NCBI GenBank assembly: GCA_030141605.1
Contig: JAQGDQ010001823.1
Span: 1-24,195, forward strand
DNA length: 24,195 bases
Direction: 5' to 3'
Source of the DNA: Tubiluchus corallicola
Taxonomy: Eukaryota > Animalia > Priapulida
Below are positions 10,706-19,899 of this stretch, in pieces (position 1 is the first letter of the stretch; the number at the start of each line of letters is the position of its first letter). A program made the position numbers and the translations under genes. Under the pieces are notes generated by a model, which saw nothing but the letters and a program-made list of their open reading frames with translations, was not told the origin of the DNA and searched no databases.

Positions 10706-12482
10706 AGTTCTGCTATGAGCTCAAGTGCGAGGAATGACCTGATAATAATGAAAACAGCAACATTCCAGCAAATTAATTAATAAAATGACACTATTTCGAA
10801 ACACATAGAGGGAAATTTAAAAAAACAAGTATGCAGAGGAGACCATAAATTCAAATAAATTTACAAGTAATCAAGTAATGAAAAGGCATTAACTTCTTCA
10901 GGACTGCACCATTGAAAATAGATCTTATAAGACTTGTGACTTTCCTGTAGCTGTATGATCACAGACATAACCGAATAATTACAAATTAGGTACTGTTCTA
11001 TTCAGGAGAATCTCGACTATCCAATCATACTATTTGTTTAAACATTGATAAGTGATTTAATTGAGTAAAATTCAGAAAAGCACACACTCATTTCAGGCAC
11101 TTTAACTTAGCCTATTGAGTAGTTTAATCTGGTGTACACTTGCGTGATTTTACACACTATTTTATTGATCACCTGCTTGCCACATCCCAAGCTGTGCAGT
11201 GTTCTGCTGCTATTCCAGGAAAAACCAACCAATCAGTCAAGGAAAAATTTAATTTTTTTCTGTTTCAACTTTTAACATGAATTTCCCCACAAAAATAGAG
11301 TAGACTTGAGGGCAAAGTTTATCAGAGTGTTGTGACTGGATAATTGAAATTTTCTACATTAGCCGATTTCACACAAGTGATACTGTACATTGTTAAAGTA
11401 CAAACAAAGTACAAAACTTTTTTCAATTTTTAATTTGATCGATTCGTAATTTTTCCAAGGTAAGCAAATGCATTTTAATATAATTTCACATGAAAATCCA
11501 TTGTATGAGGAGTAGAAACCCACAAAAATTATCAAATGTATTGTAGTCGCTGCTTAGCGTGAGCAGTTTTTCATGAACCCAGGAAAATGTAGCAAATGCT
11601 TACAGTCCAGAAGGAGTCAATATTTTACTAACACACAAAAACAGACAAAATTTATAACTTAATTTGCCGACAATGCTAATTAATGCAACTATCTTCATAT
11701 ACTTCAAAAAAACATAGCAACAAAACTCCATAGTTAAGACTTAAGCATTATAAAAGTATTTCATAGCTTCTAGCCACCTCCAGAAGGACGTGAAACTACA
11801 ACTGATGCAAGCGTGTTTTATCCAAATTTTTTTGTGAAACATACTGAGTGTGGAATGCTGAATGCCTAGTACAATAGCAATCTTGAAAGTGAAGTGAATT
11901 GAATACTTTTAGACATTTCGTCAGAGGTACTGAGAATGATTGATTTTTAGTTTGACATATCGACCAAGTGGTCCGAGTACTCTATTCGTAAATCAACCAA
12001 TCGGCAGTCAGTTTGCCAAGTTACTTAGGCGCATTCCATTCTTAATATAGCGACGAGCAACAAATTAAATAAAAATGATACCAGACAGCTTGTACGGGGA
12101 AAATAAAGTTTAAAAAACTAACTTACTAAATTACTAATTTACTAGCTTAGCTTTAGGTTTTTAAGGGCTAGTTTTAGCAAAAATGCTAAGATTTCTTGTA
12201 TCACCTTTGCAGAATGCCGAACACAACATGGCTTAACGAACGTGATATAATAACTAGATCATAATAATATTATTGCCAAAGTTTATTAACCATGCTACTC
12301 AGACTACAGCAGAGGTGGACCAGTCATGGTGGACCAGTCATTTTATTTATTACTTTTTCATCAAAATTGTTGTTTGATAGTTGATTAAAGCCTCACTTTG
12401 CTGTTTTCGCAGGCTGAAGTGTATTGTCCGATGTTGATGAGCGACTCAATCTTGGTTTCTTATGAACGTTTTCGGACTCGTA

Positions 12483-12547
12483 ACCTCGCATAACTCGAAT
12501 GAAATTTTACGATTCCGAGGTGTTTGAGTTATGCGAGGTAAACTATA
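12483..12547. mobile_element. Right-end remnant of a pogo/Tc1-type MITE
   Basis: Inverted pair ACCTCGCATAACTC / GAGTTATGCGAGGT, ending GAGGTAAACTATA; similar to the end of the 19273-19655 element. Confidence 0.5.
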
Positions 12548-12802
12548 GTTGCAGAGATCAGCTCAATTTTACGTAAATGTTAATTACGTCTTGGTTGTAG
12601 GAGACATTACAACAATTACGAGCAAAACATTTTTACAAAAAATATGGTAAGGATTAAGTAGGAACAAGTAATTATAACTTGTGCTACTGAAATTACAGTA
12701 ATCTAGTTCAGACATTATAATACTAGCAAATTTTGCCATTTTGTTTTTTTTGGCAGTTGAGAAAATCTGTTCATATTTTAAAGCATCAGATCTCATACAA
12801 TA

Positions 12803-13099
12803 CAGTCAACCTCGGGTATAAGGTACTCGCTTATAAGGGACCACCAACACTGGTCCCGATTTTTTGCAACGTTTTTCTTATGTAAAAATCTTCGTATATA
12901 AGGTACTCGGATATAAAGGACTTTCGGATATAAGGGACGATATGTTCTTCAGGTCCCGCATAATAGAAACCCGGTAAATTACCTCGTATATAAGGGACTC
13001 TATGATCAAAGCGAAATTGATCGATTTTTAGCCTCAATTTTTCATAAACTCGGCCTTCGAACAGCTCGGTTTCCGCAGTCACGTATGCCTCACTTCATT
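12803..13099 (+). mobile_element. pogo/Tc1-type MITE, left part (family shared with 21655-22108)
   Basis: TA|CAGTCAACCTCGGGTATAAG terminus, repeated TATAAGG(G/T)AC motifs, and a colinear second copy at 21655. Confidence 0.8.
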
Positions 13100-13681
13100 A
13101 AGCAGCTGATACTTTTAAATTTTAGCTAAACTACAAAAGTTTAGCTAAAGTACGTTGGACATGTCAAATGGGTATGAAAGATAAAATTTACCTTAATAGG
13201 ACTATATTTTAAAAACATTCTACTAATGTTTGTTTTTCAGTGTGTCAAATACTAACTCGGGGTTCCGTAAGTTGTTTTCCGTACACGATTTTATGCGGAA
13301 CTGTGCGATAATCGACTGAAATATCTTGTTAATTAATTTGTTAAAATCAGATAGGCTCAATGTGCATCCATCTTATTGTTATAGGTATTTTAAATACACT
13401 TTATTATCTTATATACACGCTGGCAGTCCCAGCACTTTTATTGTAAATAAATTATTGCAAAATGCAAATAAATAAACTAAAACTAAACTAAACTATCCTT
13501 AATTTATTAACTTGAATTGGGCAAAGTAAAATAGAAATTATTGTCTTAAACCCAGAGAGGAAAACTTTAAATTAACTAACATTAGATTCACAAATGAAAG
13601 ATTTCAGTTGTACACATGGACTGTCATTCCATAAAAAACCATGAGGCTGTTTAAGTTCCAGACAGTGCTCATTTCCTTTAT
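13100..13681 (+). repeat. Local duplication unit A (lectin 3' end and downstream flank); copy B at 15601-16190
   Basis: Colinear match from AAGCAGCTGATACTTTTAAATTTTA to GTGCTCATTTCCTTTAT, offset ~2.5 kb. Confidence 0.92.
13503..13508 (-). terminator. Candidate polyadenylation signal AATAAA of the lectin gene
   Basis: TTTATT on the plus strand, ~65 nt after the stop; a second candidate lies at 13437-13442. Confidence 0.4.
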
Positions 13682-13807
13682 GATTGGTTGGTTCTTGCCA
13701 CTTGACATTGTCCCATTCAGTAAATAGGCAAGGTTGACCATTGGAAATCCATCTGAAATCACCTTCGTTATGTTGGTCTGTTCCGCCCATCCAGGTATAG
13801 CTAAAAT
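13572..13807 (-). CDS. C-type lectin exon 3 (DFSYTWMGGTDQHNEGDFRW...EPTNHKGNEHCLEL...WNDSPCVQLKSFICESNVS*)
   Basis: WMGG (WIGL-like), EGxFxW, EPx, ExC, WND and FICE motifs of the CTLD. Acceptor tttttacatAG, with an alternative AG 7 nt downstream. Confidence 0.92.
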
Positions 13808-14307
13808 CTATGTAAAAATATATTTAAGCTATCCATATTTGGCAAATAAATGTTACTACATCAAAATGGAATTTTTATTGACAACCGGTTTCGAACAAAC
13901 TGTTCATTATCAATGCATCTAAGGCAAAGACAATAAACAGAATTTAGAAACAACTTAGAAATACAATTCAGAAGTCAGACTATAACATTATAAACTGTAA
14001 ATATATTAAAATATAAATTATCTATATAATGTTGTATCATATATCTTTTGCTATCAAACTAGCGAATTGTATTTCGATGTTGTTTCTAAATTCTGGCAAA
14101 TTTATTCGTTTTATATGTGTTCATTTTGAAGCAAAAATGGCGTGACTATAATAAAGTGTCAAAATTACCTTGTAGAGATTTAATTTCAATGAAATACATT
14201 GCATTACAAGTTGAAACAAACTTTGTAAATCAAGATCTGCTTTGTTGTCTTTATTCATAAGGCTATGTTACAACAAAGAAAAGATGTAGATAACTTTAAA
14301 TACTTGC

Positions 14308-14482
14308 CATTTGCACTCAGGTACTTGACTATAAACTGGTTCTCTGTGGCCGTTTCTATGGCAACCAATTCACTGGCTTCCATTTTGCAAATCATCATAG
14401 CTTTCCACCAGGTAACACGATCTTTGCGAAAAACGTAACATTTTCCATTGTAATATTCTCCACCATTTTGACAACAAGTGGT
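14308..14482 (-). CDS. C-type lectin exon 2 (TTCCQNGGEYYNGKCYVFRKDRVTWWKAMMICKMEASELVAIETATENQFIVKYLSAN)
   Basis: ggtttAG acceptor; CY.F, TW..A...C and LVAIET.EN.FI CTLD motifs. Donor is probably G|GCAAGT (alternative GT donor ends the exon at 14304). Confidence 0.9.
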
Positions 14483-14857
14483 CTAAACCAAACACGAAAA
14501 TATTTGTTGTATTCAGTTATTAAAATAAAAATAAATTCAGTTTAAATCTGGATATATTTCAATTCACAGAGACATAATCCTATGCACTGACAATAATTAT
14601 GTCACTTTACAAGCTTTATATCAGTCACTGAGTGGTAGAAGAAGCAACTTTGCTATCAGATCTTCTTATTGTTTACTATTATTGTTTATACAAAAAGCAT
14701 TTTGTTGGCAAGCATCTAAATAAATCACAATTGAAACAAAATTGATAATGATTAATTTAACTGTTGTTAATCCAATCTCCAAGAAATTATTTTTTGATCT
14801 ATTGGCTTTCCTAAACTTCAAACTGATAATGACTTGAACTGATATTATAGTCATTAC

Positions 14858-14953
14858 CTTGTTAGTGTCGTTGGACCCACTTTCAGTGTCTGCGCTTGGA
14901 CCACGCAAATTAACTAAAGTCAGTAGTGTAGCAGTCAGTAAAACAATCTTCAT
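14858..14953 (-). CDS. C-type lectin exon 1: signal peptide (MKIVLLTATLLTLVNLRGPSADTESGSNDTNK); joined CDS is a 168-aa secreted perlucin-like single-CTLD protein
   Basis: Basic plus hydrophobic N-terminus; AAG|GTAATG donor; phase 0 matches exon 2; 96+175+236 = 507 nt. Confidence 0.85.
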
Positions 14954-15600
14954 TGTGTATGTATGTAACAAACACGAATGACCTCAGCAAGCCTTGTTGA
15001 TTTCTTTCAAACTACGTAATGCATAGCATTCGTTGTGAGAATGCCAAGTACTATGACAACTAATATTTAATCCATAAAATTATATTATATGATAATTATA
15101 ATTATTATAAATAATTCTACTACTGAAATGACGTTATATTTAGCATACCAATGCATATTAAAAATGAAACGTTTAGTATCAACATCAAAATAATTCACAG
15201 ATATAATGAATGGTGGTTATTAAAATTGATGCGGAACTTTACCGACCTGATATACAGTTCACGTGAAAATTAACCAACATTTTCCAAACATTTTAATGTT
15301 TCCATTGTCACAGAGCTTTGGATTGTTCAGCGTTTAAACTCCCATTGTTCCTGAATTTATCGATGATCATTGTCTAATAGACTGTGGTAAAACATTAAAA
15401 ATGGTTGTATTAAAAAAACTGTATAAAGTATGACATCTTTGCACACATTTTTTGCACACATTTTTAAATTCTTAAAATGGTAATGGAATAAATATGCACT
15501 ACAAAGTGGTACCAAATGTGGTTTCAGGATTAAAAGTCGTGAAAAATGGATCTAGTAGCATTTTCAAAAAAGCCAGCAATAAACTTGGCAGCTTTATTAA

Positions 15601-16190
15601 AAGCAGCTGATACTTTTAAATTTTAACTAAAGTCCAAAAGTTTAGGTAAAGTACGTTACACATGCCAAATGGGTATGAAAGATGAAATTTACCATAATAG
15701 GACTATATTTTAATAACATTCTACTAATCCTTATTTTTATACGGTGTCAAATACTAACTAGAGGTTCCATAAGTCATTTTCCGTACATTATTTTATGCGG
15801 AACTGTGCAATAATCAACTGAAATATCTTGTTAATTAATTTGCTGAGATCAGATCGGTCCGATGTGCATCCATCCATCTTATTATTATAAGTATTTTAAA
15901 TATACTTTATTATGTTATATACACGCTGGCAGTCCCAGCACTTTCATTTTAAATAAATTATTGAAAAGTGCAAACAAATAAACTAAAACTAAACTAAACT
16001 ATCCTTGATTTATTAACTTGAATCGGGCAAAGCAAAATAGAAATTACTGTCTTAAATGCCGGGAGAGGAAAACTTTAAATTAATTAACATTAGATTCACA
16101 AATGAAAGATTTCAGTAGTTCACATTGACTGTCATTCAATAAAAAAAGCATGAGGTTGTTTAAATTGTAAATAGTGCTCATTTCCTTTAT
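15601..16190 (+). repeat. Local duplication unit B
   Basis: See unit A at 13100-13681. Confidence 0.92.
16080..16190 (-). pseudogene. Decayed 3' fragment of a duplicated C-type lectin exon 3
   Basis: KGNEHYLQFKQPHA...NDSQCELLKSFICESNVN*. Shows Cys->Tyr, loss of the Trp of WND, a +1 frameshift in an A run and 5' truncation. Confidence 0.88.
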
Positions 16191-16216
16191 TCACTTGTAC
16201 ACAGTTATGAATCTTC

Positions 16217-16501
16217 TATGCGTCCTACTTGGGCTACCTATGTGCACCAATTGGCTATTTCGGCTAGTGCCCTACTCCACGCCTAACGTATGCATAACGG
16301 AAGCACCTAAGATGATGATGATGTTCAGACGTAGATCTGAAAGCAAACTAGCAAGTGTGAACGACTTGGCAAGTTCTTCAAGTGGTGTGTGCCGGTCATC
16401 ATGTTTGTACTAGAATTGGGGAGCATCGCAAAGGCCAGCTTGGCTCTAACCATAATCTCATAAGTTACTTACTTCAGATTACACATTTACAATAGTTTCA
16501 T
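16217..16501 (+). repeat. Duplicated segment, copy 1 (copy 2 at 23901-24195, running off the window)
   Basis: Colinear high-identity match, including ACTAGCAAGTGTGAACGACTTGGCAAGTTCTTCAAGTGGTGTGTGCC and GCCAGCTTGGCTCTAACCATAATCTCATAAGTTA. Confidence 0.93.
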
Positions 16502-16643
16502 AATACAAATAAGTTTTTATTATTTCTGCACAAGAAAAGCCTCACACACTGTTCATCTATATACAAATTTAAATGTGTTGCGGGCATATATAATCTGAAA
16601 ATTTGAAGTGAATCGTATGATAAAGAAAACATTTAGTGCTTTA

Positions 16644-19000
16644 GAATGGAATGATGTAATGAATGAAGTGGTGGGAGCACTATGGTGTGAGCACTCTATC
16701 TGTTTCTGTGTTTTACATTTATTTGACTATGTCCCTCGATGTTTGTAGTGGTCCTGGTGGGTTACGTCTCTGTGTCCCATTCTCATGTTTTTGATTTCCC
16801 GTATTGTAGTTTCCGTTTTTGCAAATGGTGCAAAATGTATGAGCGCTATTCTTTGTTTGAAATTGTTTACCTGTTGTGTTCTTTTTTTGGTTCTCAAGTG
16901 TTAGGTAAAATCTTGTACATTTCTCTGCATTTTCCCAGCACAACCTTGTTTATTTTGCGATTGCGATACTCGACTCTCTCCACATATCAGAGGCGGGCAC
17001 TTTTAAAGTTTTATAGGGTGCTAGGTCTATTTTTCTGTAATGCTGATCTTTTAGCTGTCTTTTCCCAGTTTAATGTATTTATTTGTTTTTATCCTGTATT
17101 CCATGCATTCGTTCACTAGATTTCTAATTTCTAGCAATCCTTCCTTTTCACTGTTCATTAATATATCTGAGTTCAAAATTTTTTCCGTTCTCCATATCTG
17201 TCACATTTAAGCATATGTTCATTAGTGTCATCATCTTCCCCACAAACTGGACATAATAACTGATCCTTAAACTCATTCTAGTAGTTTCCTTTAACTTTAA
17301 TCATATTCAGTCTTATTTTCAATATATCTTTTATATTTCAATATATCAGACTTTTTCATGACCTTCACCCTTTCTTTATTAGCATCTATGGGATATTTTT
17401 GCAGCCTCAACTACTTCATTGTACCATGACCTTTCATGTGCACTGTTTATTTGCATTTCGAGTACCTCTGATGCTAATCTCTTTGGTTTACTAATCAGTA
17501 AATTCCGATAGAACATCAATCTCCTATAATTCACTTTATGTTTTAGAGGCCATATGCCTATATAAGTTACTAATCCCCAGTATGGCGTTGATTCACTAAG
17601 ATTAAATAAGGTTTTTAAAGCATTTGCTTGAATCATTTCTAATTTCTCCCAATCAGATGTTGTCAAATTTGACCATGTCTCAGAACTATTTTGCACTGCA
17701 CTCACTGAAAGAAGCTCGTACTGCATTAGTTTCTCCCCTATTGAGCAATCTCCCACTTTCAGCTCACCTCCTATTGTATTGATGTAACTAATTATCATTT
17801 TATTTTTCCCGGTTCATTTTCCCAACATTGTTTCATAACTACATTTTGTATTAATCCAATTTTCCAAATATTGGTATTCCTCTGCTTCTTTAACCTCTCC
17901 GTTCCTTAGTGACTCACGTAATTCTGGAATCCTTTTCTTTCGTGTCATGTTAGTTCTCATATATTGTGTTTTCTGTATATTGAATGATAATCTTTTGGTT
18001 CTTTCAATTTCTTGACAGTTTTTAATCATCTGCTTGATTATAGTTTCTTGTCCTATTCCAACAATATCGTCAATAAATAATAACATACCCACATGTATAT
18101 TCCTGCCCATTACAGTCCCTGTTATCACCATCTCATTAATCCGGTTTATTGCAGCACAACATAGTAATGGTCCCAGCACTGTTCCCTGTCGAACTATTTC
18201 ATATATTTCTATCTGGTCTGTTTTTCCCAATGGTGTTTCTATAACTATTTCTGCAATTTCATTTAGTTCATATGTATCATAAAAATTTCTCTTGGTGATA
18301 TGCCCATCCTCCATAGTTCCGTCAATGTATCCTTCAACCACAACTTATCAAAACACTTTTCTATGTCACAAAAAATTATGTACACTTCATTTTTATAAAA
18401 CCTGTTATACTCTAACATTGCCCTCAAGGTGTACAGATGGTCATAGACCCTTCTGTTTTTGCAACTGCTACATTGATGAACTCCTATGTTTTCTTAAAAT
18501 TTAACTATTATTCTATTTTTGATCACTTTCTCCATTAGTTTACTGAAAATATATGTTATGAACAGCCCTCGTCTATTTTTAATCTCTTTCTTGTCACCTT
18601 TTCCCTTATAAATTGACTTTATTTTCATTTGGGCCGATTGTTTCGGTGTTTTCTTTTGCTTCATTATTTCATTCAGCATTGCTACTATACTATCGATAAA
18701 TCCTTTCCCTGCTTGATTGATCATTTCATTCTTCCATGTATTCTTAGGTACCTCTTTTCATAATCGTTAAAAAAATGTCTGTATCTGCACCTGCTACCAT
18801 ATTTGCATTCACCATCATACTTATAATTCCAACACAGATTTGTCTTTTCCTTATCTTCCGCAGGTTTCATTTTGATAAGTTAAGTTCTAGTCTTTTGTTA
18901 AACTATAGTTTCAGTTTGTGCTTTTCTATTATTAATGTATTTTTTATTCTTCTTTTTGGCTTGATTTATAGTTTAATAATGGTTTCACTAGTCATTCAAT
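16644..19000 (-). mobile_element. Degenerate, internally deleted non-LTR retrotransposon (LINE); RT pseudogene with C-terminal CCHC motif and 3' UTR
   Basis: RT motifs spread across frameshifted ORFs: IYKGKGDKKEIKNRRGLFIT..SKLMEKVI, DIEKCFDKLW, VRQGTVLGPLL, LLFIDDIV, LSFNIQKT. CPVCGEDDDTNEHMLKC at 17203-17253; ORF2 stop near 17051; CATT-like tail at ~16644-16667. 5' boundary approximate, clade not determined. Confidence 0.9.
18775..18834 (-). other. CCCH (C-x8-C-x5-C-x3-H) zinc-finger coding relic, probably from LINE ORF1
   Basis: Translates CWNYKYDGECKYGSRCRYRH with exact canonical spacing; absent from the ORF track. Confidence 0.75.
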
Positions 19001-19109
19001 AAACAAGTTGAAACAAACTCATCTTTAGCATGTTCAGTTTAGATAATTTTGTTATCCCGTTTACTAAATTGCATAATCTCTGTTTGATTGGTCATCAGTC
19101 TTTGGATTT

Positions 19110-19176
19110 TGGGGCCCTATTATAAATTAGTGCTTAAGTCTATAGCCTAATTAGCCCAATGGTTAATTTGTCGCTG
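19110..19176. mobile_element. Possible hAT-type MITE right-end remnant
   Basis: GGGGCCCT...GCCTAATTAGCCCAATGGTTAATTTGTCGCTG resembles ...TTAATCCGGCCCTG-type termini. No left end found. Confidence 0.35.
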
Positions 19177-19272
19177 CCTCCATGATGCTTATTAGTGCAA
19201 TTTGCTTGAGGATCAGTAGAGACAAAGTTTCTAGATTGAGTTCTTAAAGTTGAAACCTGTTGCATAGTTACA

Positions 19273-19655
19273 CAGTAAAATCTGCATCACTCAAACTGAA
19301 ATAAACCTTTTGAAACATGATTTTTTATGTTGCAAGAGGACACATACAAAACACGCAAACATCTATCCCGGCGAAAATAATTGGGGGGACGCGGGCACGA
19401 CTTGTAAGACATCAGAATTTTCCAGGAAGACGATACTGTTTTTGAGTTGTACAAAACTTTTTCATTTTTTTCTAGAGTATAAATTGCGTTTTTTAGTTAC
19501 GAGAAGTAAGTTTACCTGTTTTTTGATTAAATGGACCATGATTTTTTATTTGAGTTTTTTGCGGGAAAAATGAAGGATTTCATCCTTTCTGCTGAAATTC
19601 TTTGAGTTAGGTGAAAATTTTAGTTGTTTGATCATGAGTTATGCTGAGTTTACTG
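19273..19655. mobile_element. pogo/Tc1-type MITE (~380 bp) with diverged ~21-bp TIRs
   Basis: Left end CAGTAAAATCTGCATCACTCA; reverse complement of right end CAGTAAACTCAGCATAACTCA. TA on the right, CA on the left. Confidence 0.65.
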
Positions 19656-19899
19656 TAATAATAACGCGCTCAATATGGATGCTGCATTATTAACTGTAAA
19701 TTTTATTTTTGGTTTCTTTTCAATATAGTTGTCACCTCCTGCACGTGAACTGAAGTCTCACAACTGTGATCTACAATCTTAGGAAACCGAGTGTCGGCAG
19801 TTGTGGATAAGCGTACTTAAAGCTTGCATCTGTGGTCAGTACAAAAAATATATTTGCTATTGAAGCATACTTTGTAAGAAACCTGAACATTACACAAGA

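Noticed and set aside
12314-12341. 14-bp tandem duplication GGTGGACCAGTCAT x2 (and a similar small repeat at 7242-7281)
   Set aside because: Ordinary slippage or repair duplications with no further structure.
12831-13082. Paralogous small ORFs at 12831 and 21669 that look like a gene family
   Set aside because: Both lie within copies of the same TIR-bearing MITE, start at GTG/weak codons and have no recognisable domain.
14352-14365. Second X-box-like motif GTTTCTATGGCAAC
   Set aside because: It is the antisense of the VAIET codons in the lectin exon and is explained by protein constraint.
16310-16341. C/D-box snoRNA-like ATGATGA...CTGA in the duplicated block
   Set aside because: The boxes are under 30 nt apart, arise from a (GAT)n run, lack a terminal stem, and the spacing differs by 8 nt in copy 2.
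16174-16413. ORFs in the duplicated block (16174+, 23950-)
   Set aside because: An 8-nt indel between the copies breaks the frame; no domain similarity recognised.
19003-19019. 17-bp match ACAAGTTGAAACAAACT to lectin intron 2 (14206-14222)
   Set aside because: The flanks do not align convincingly, so a further lectin remnant cannot be supported.
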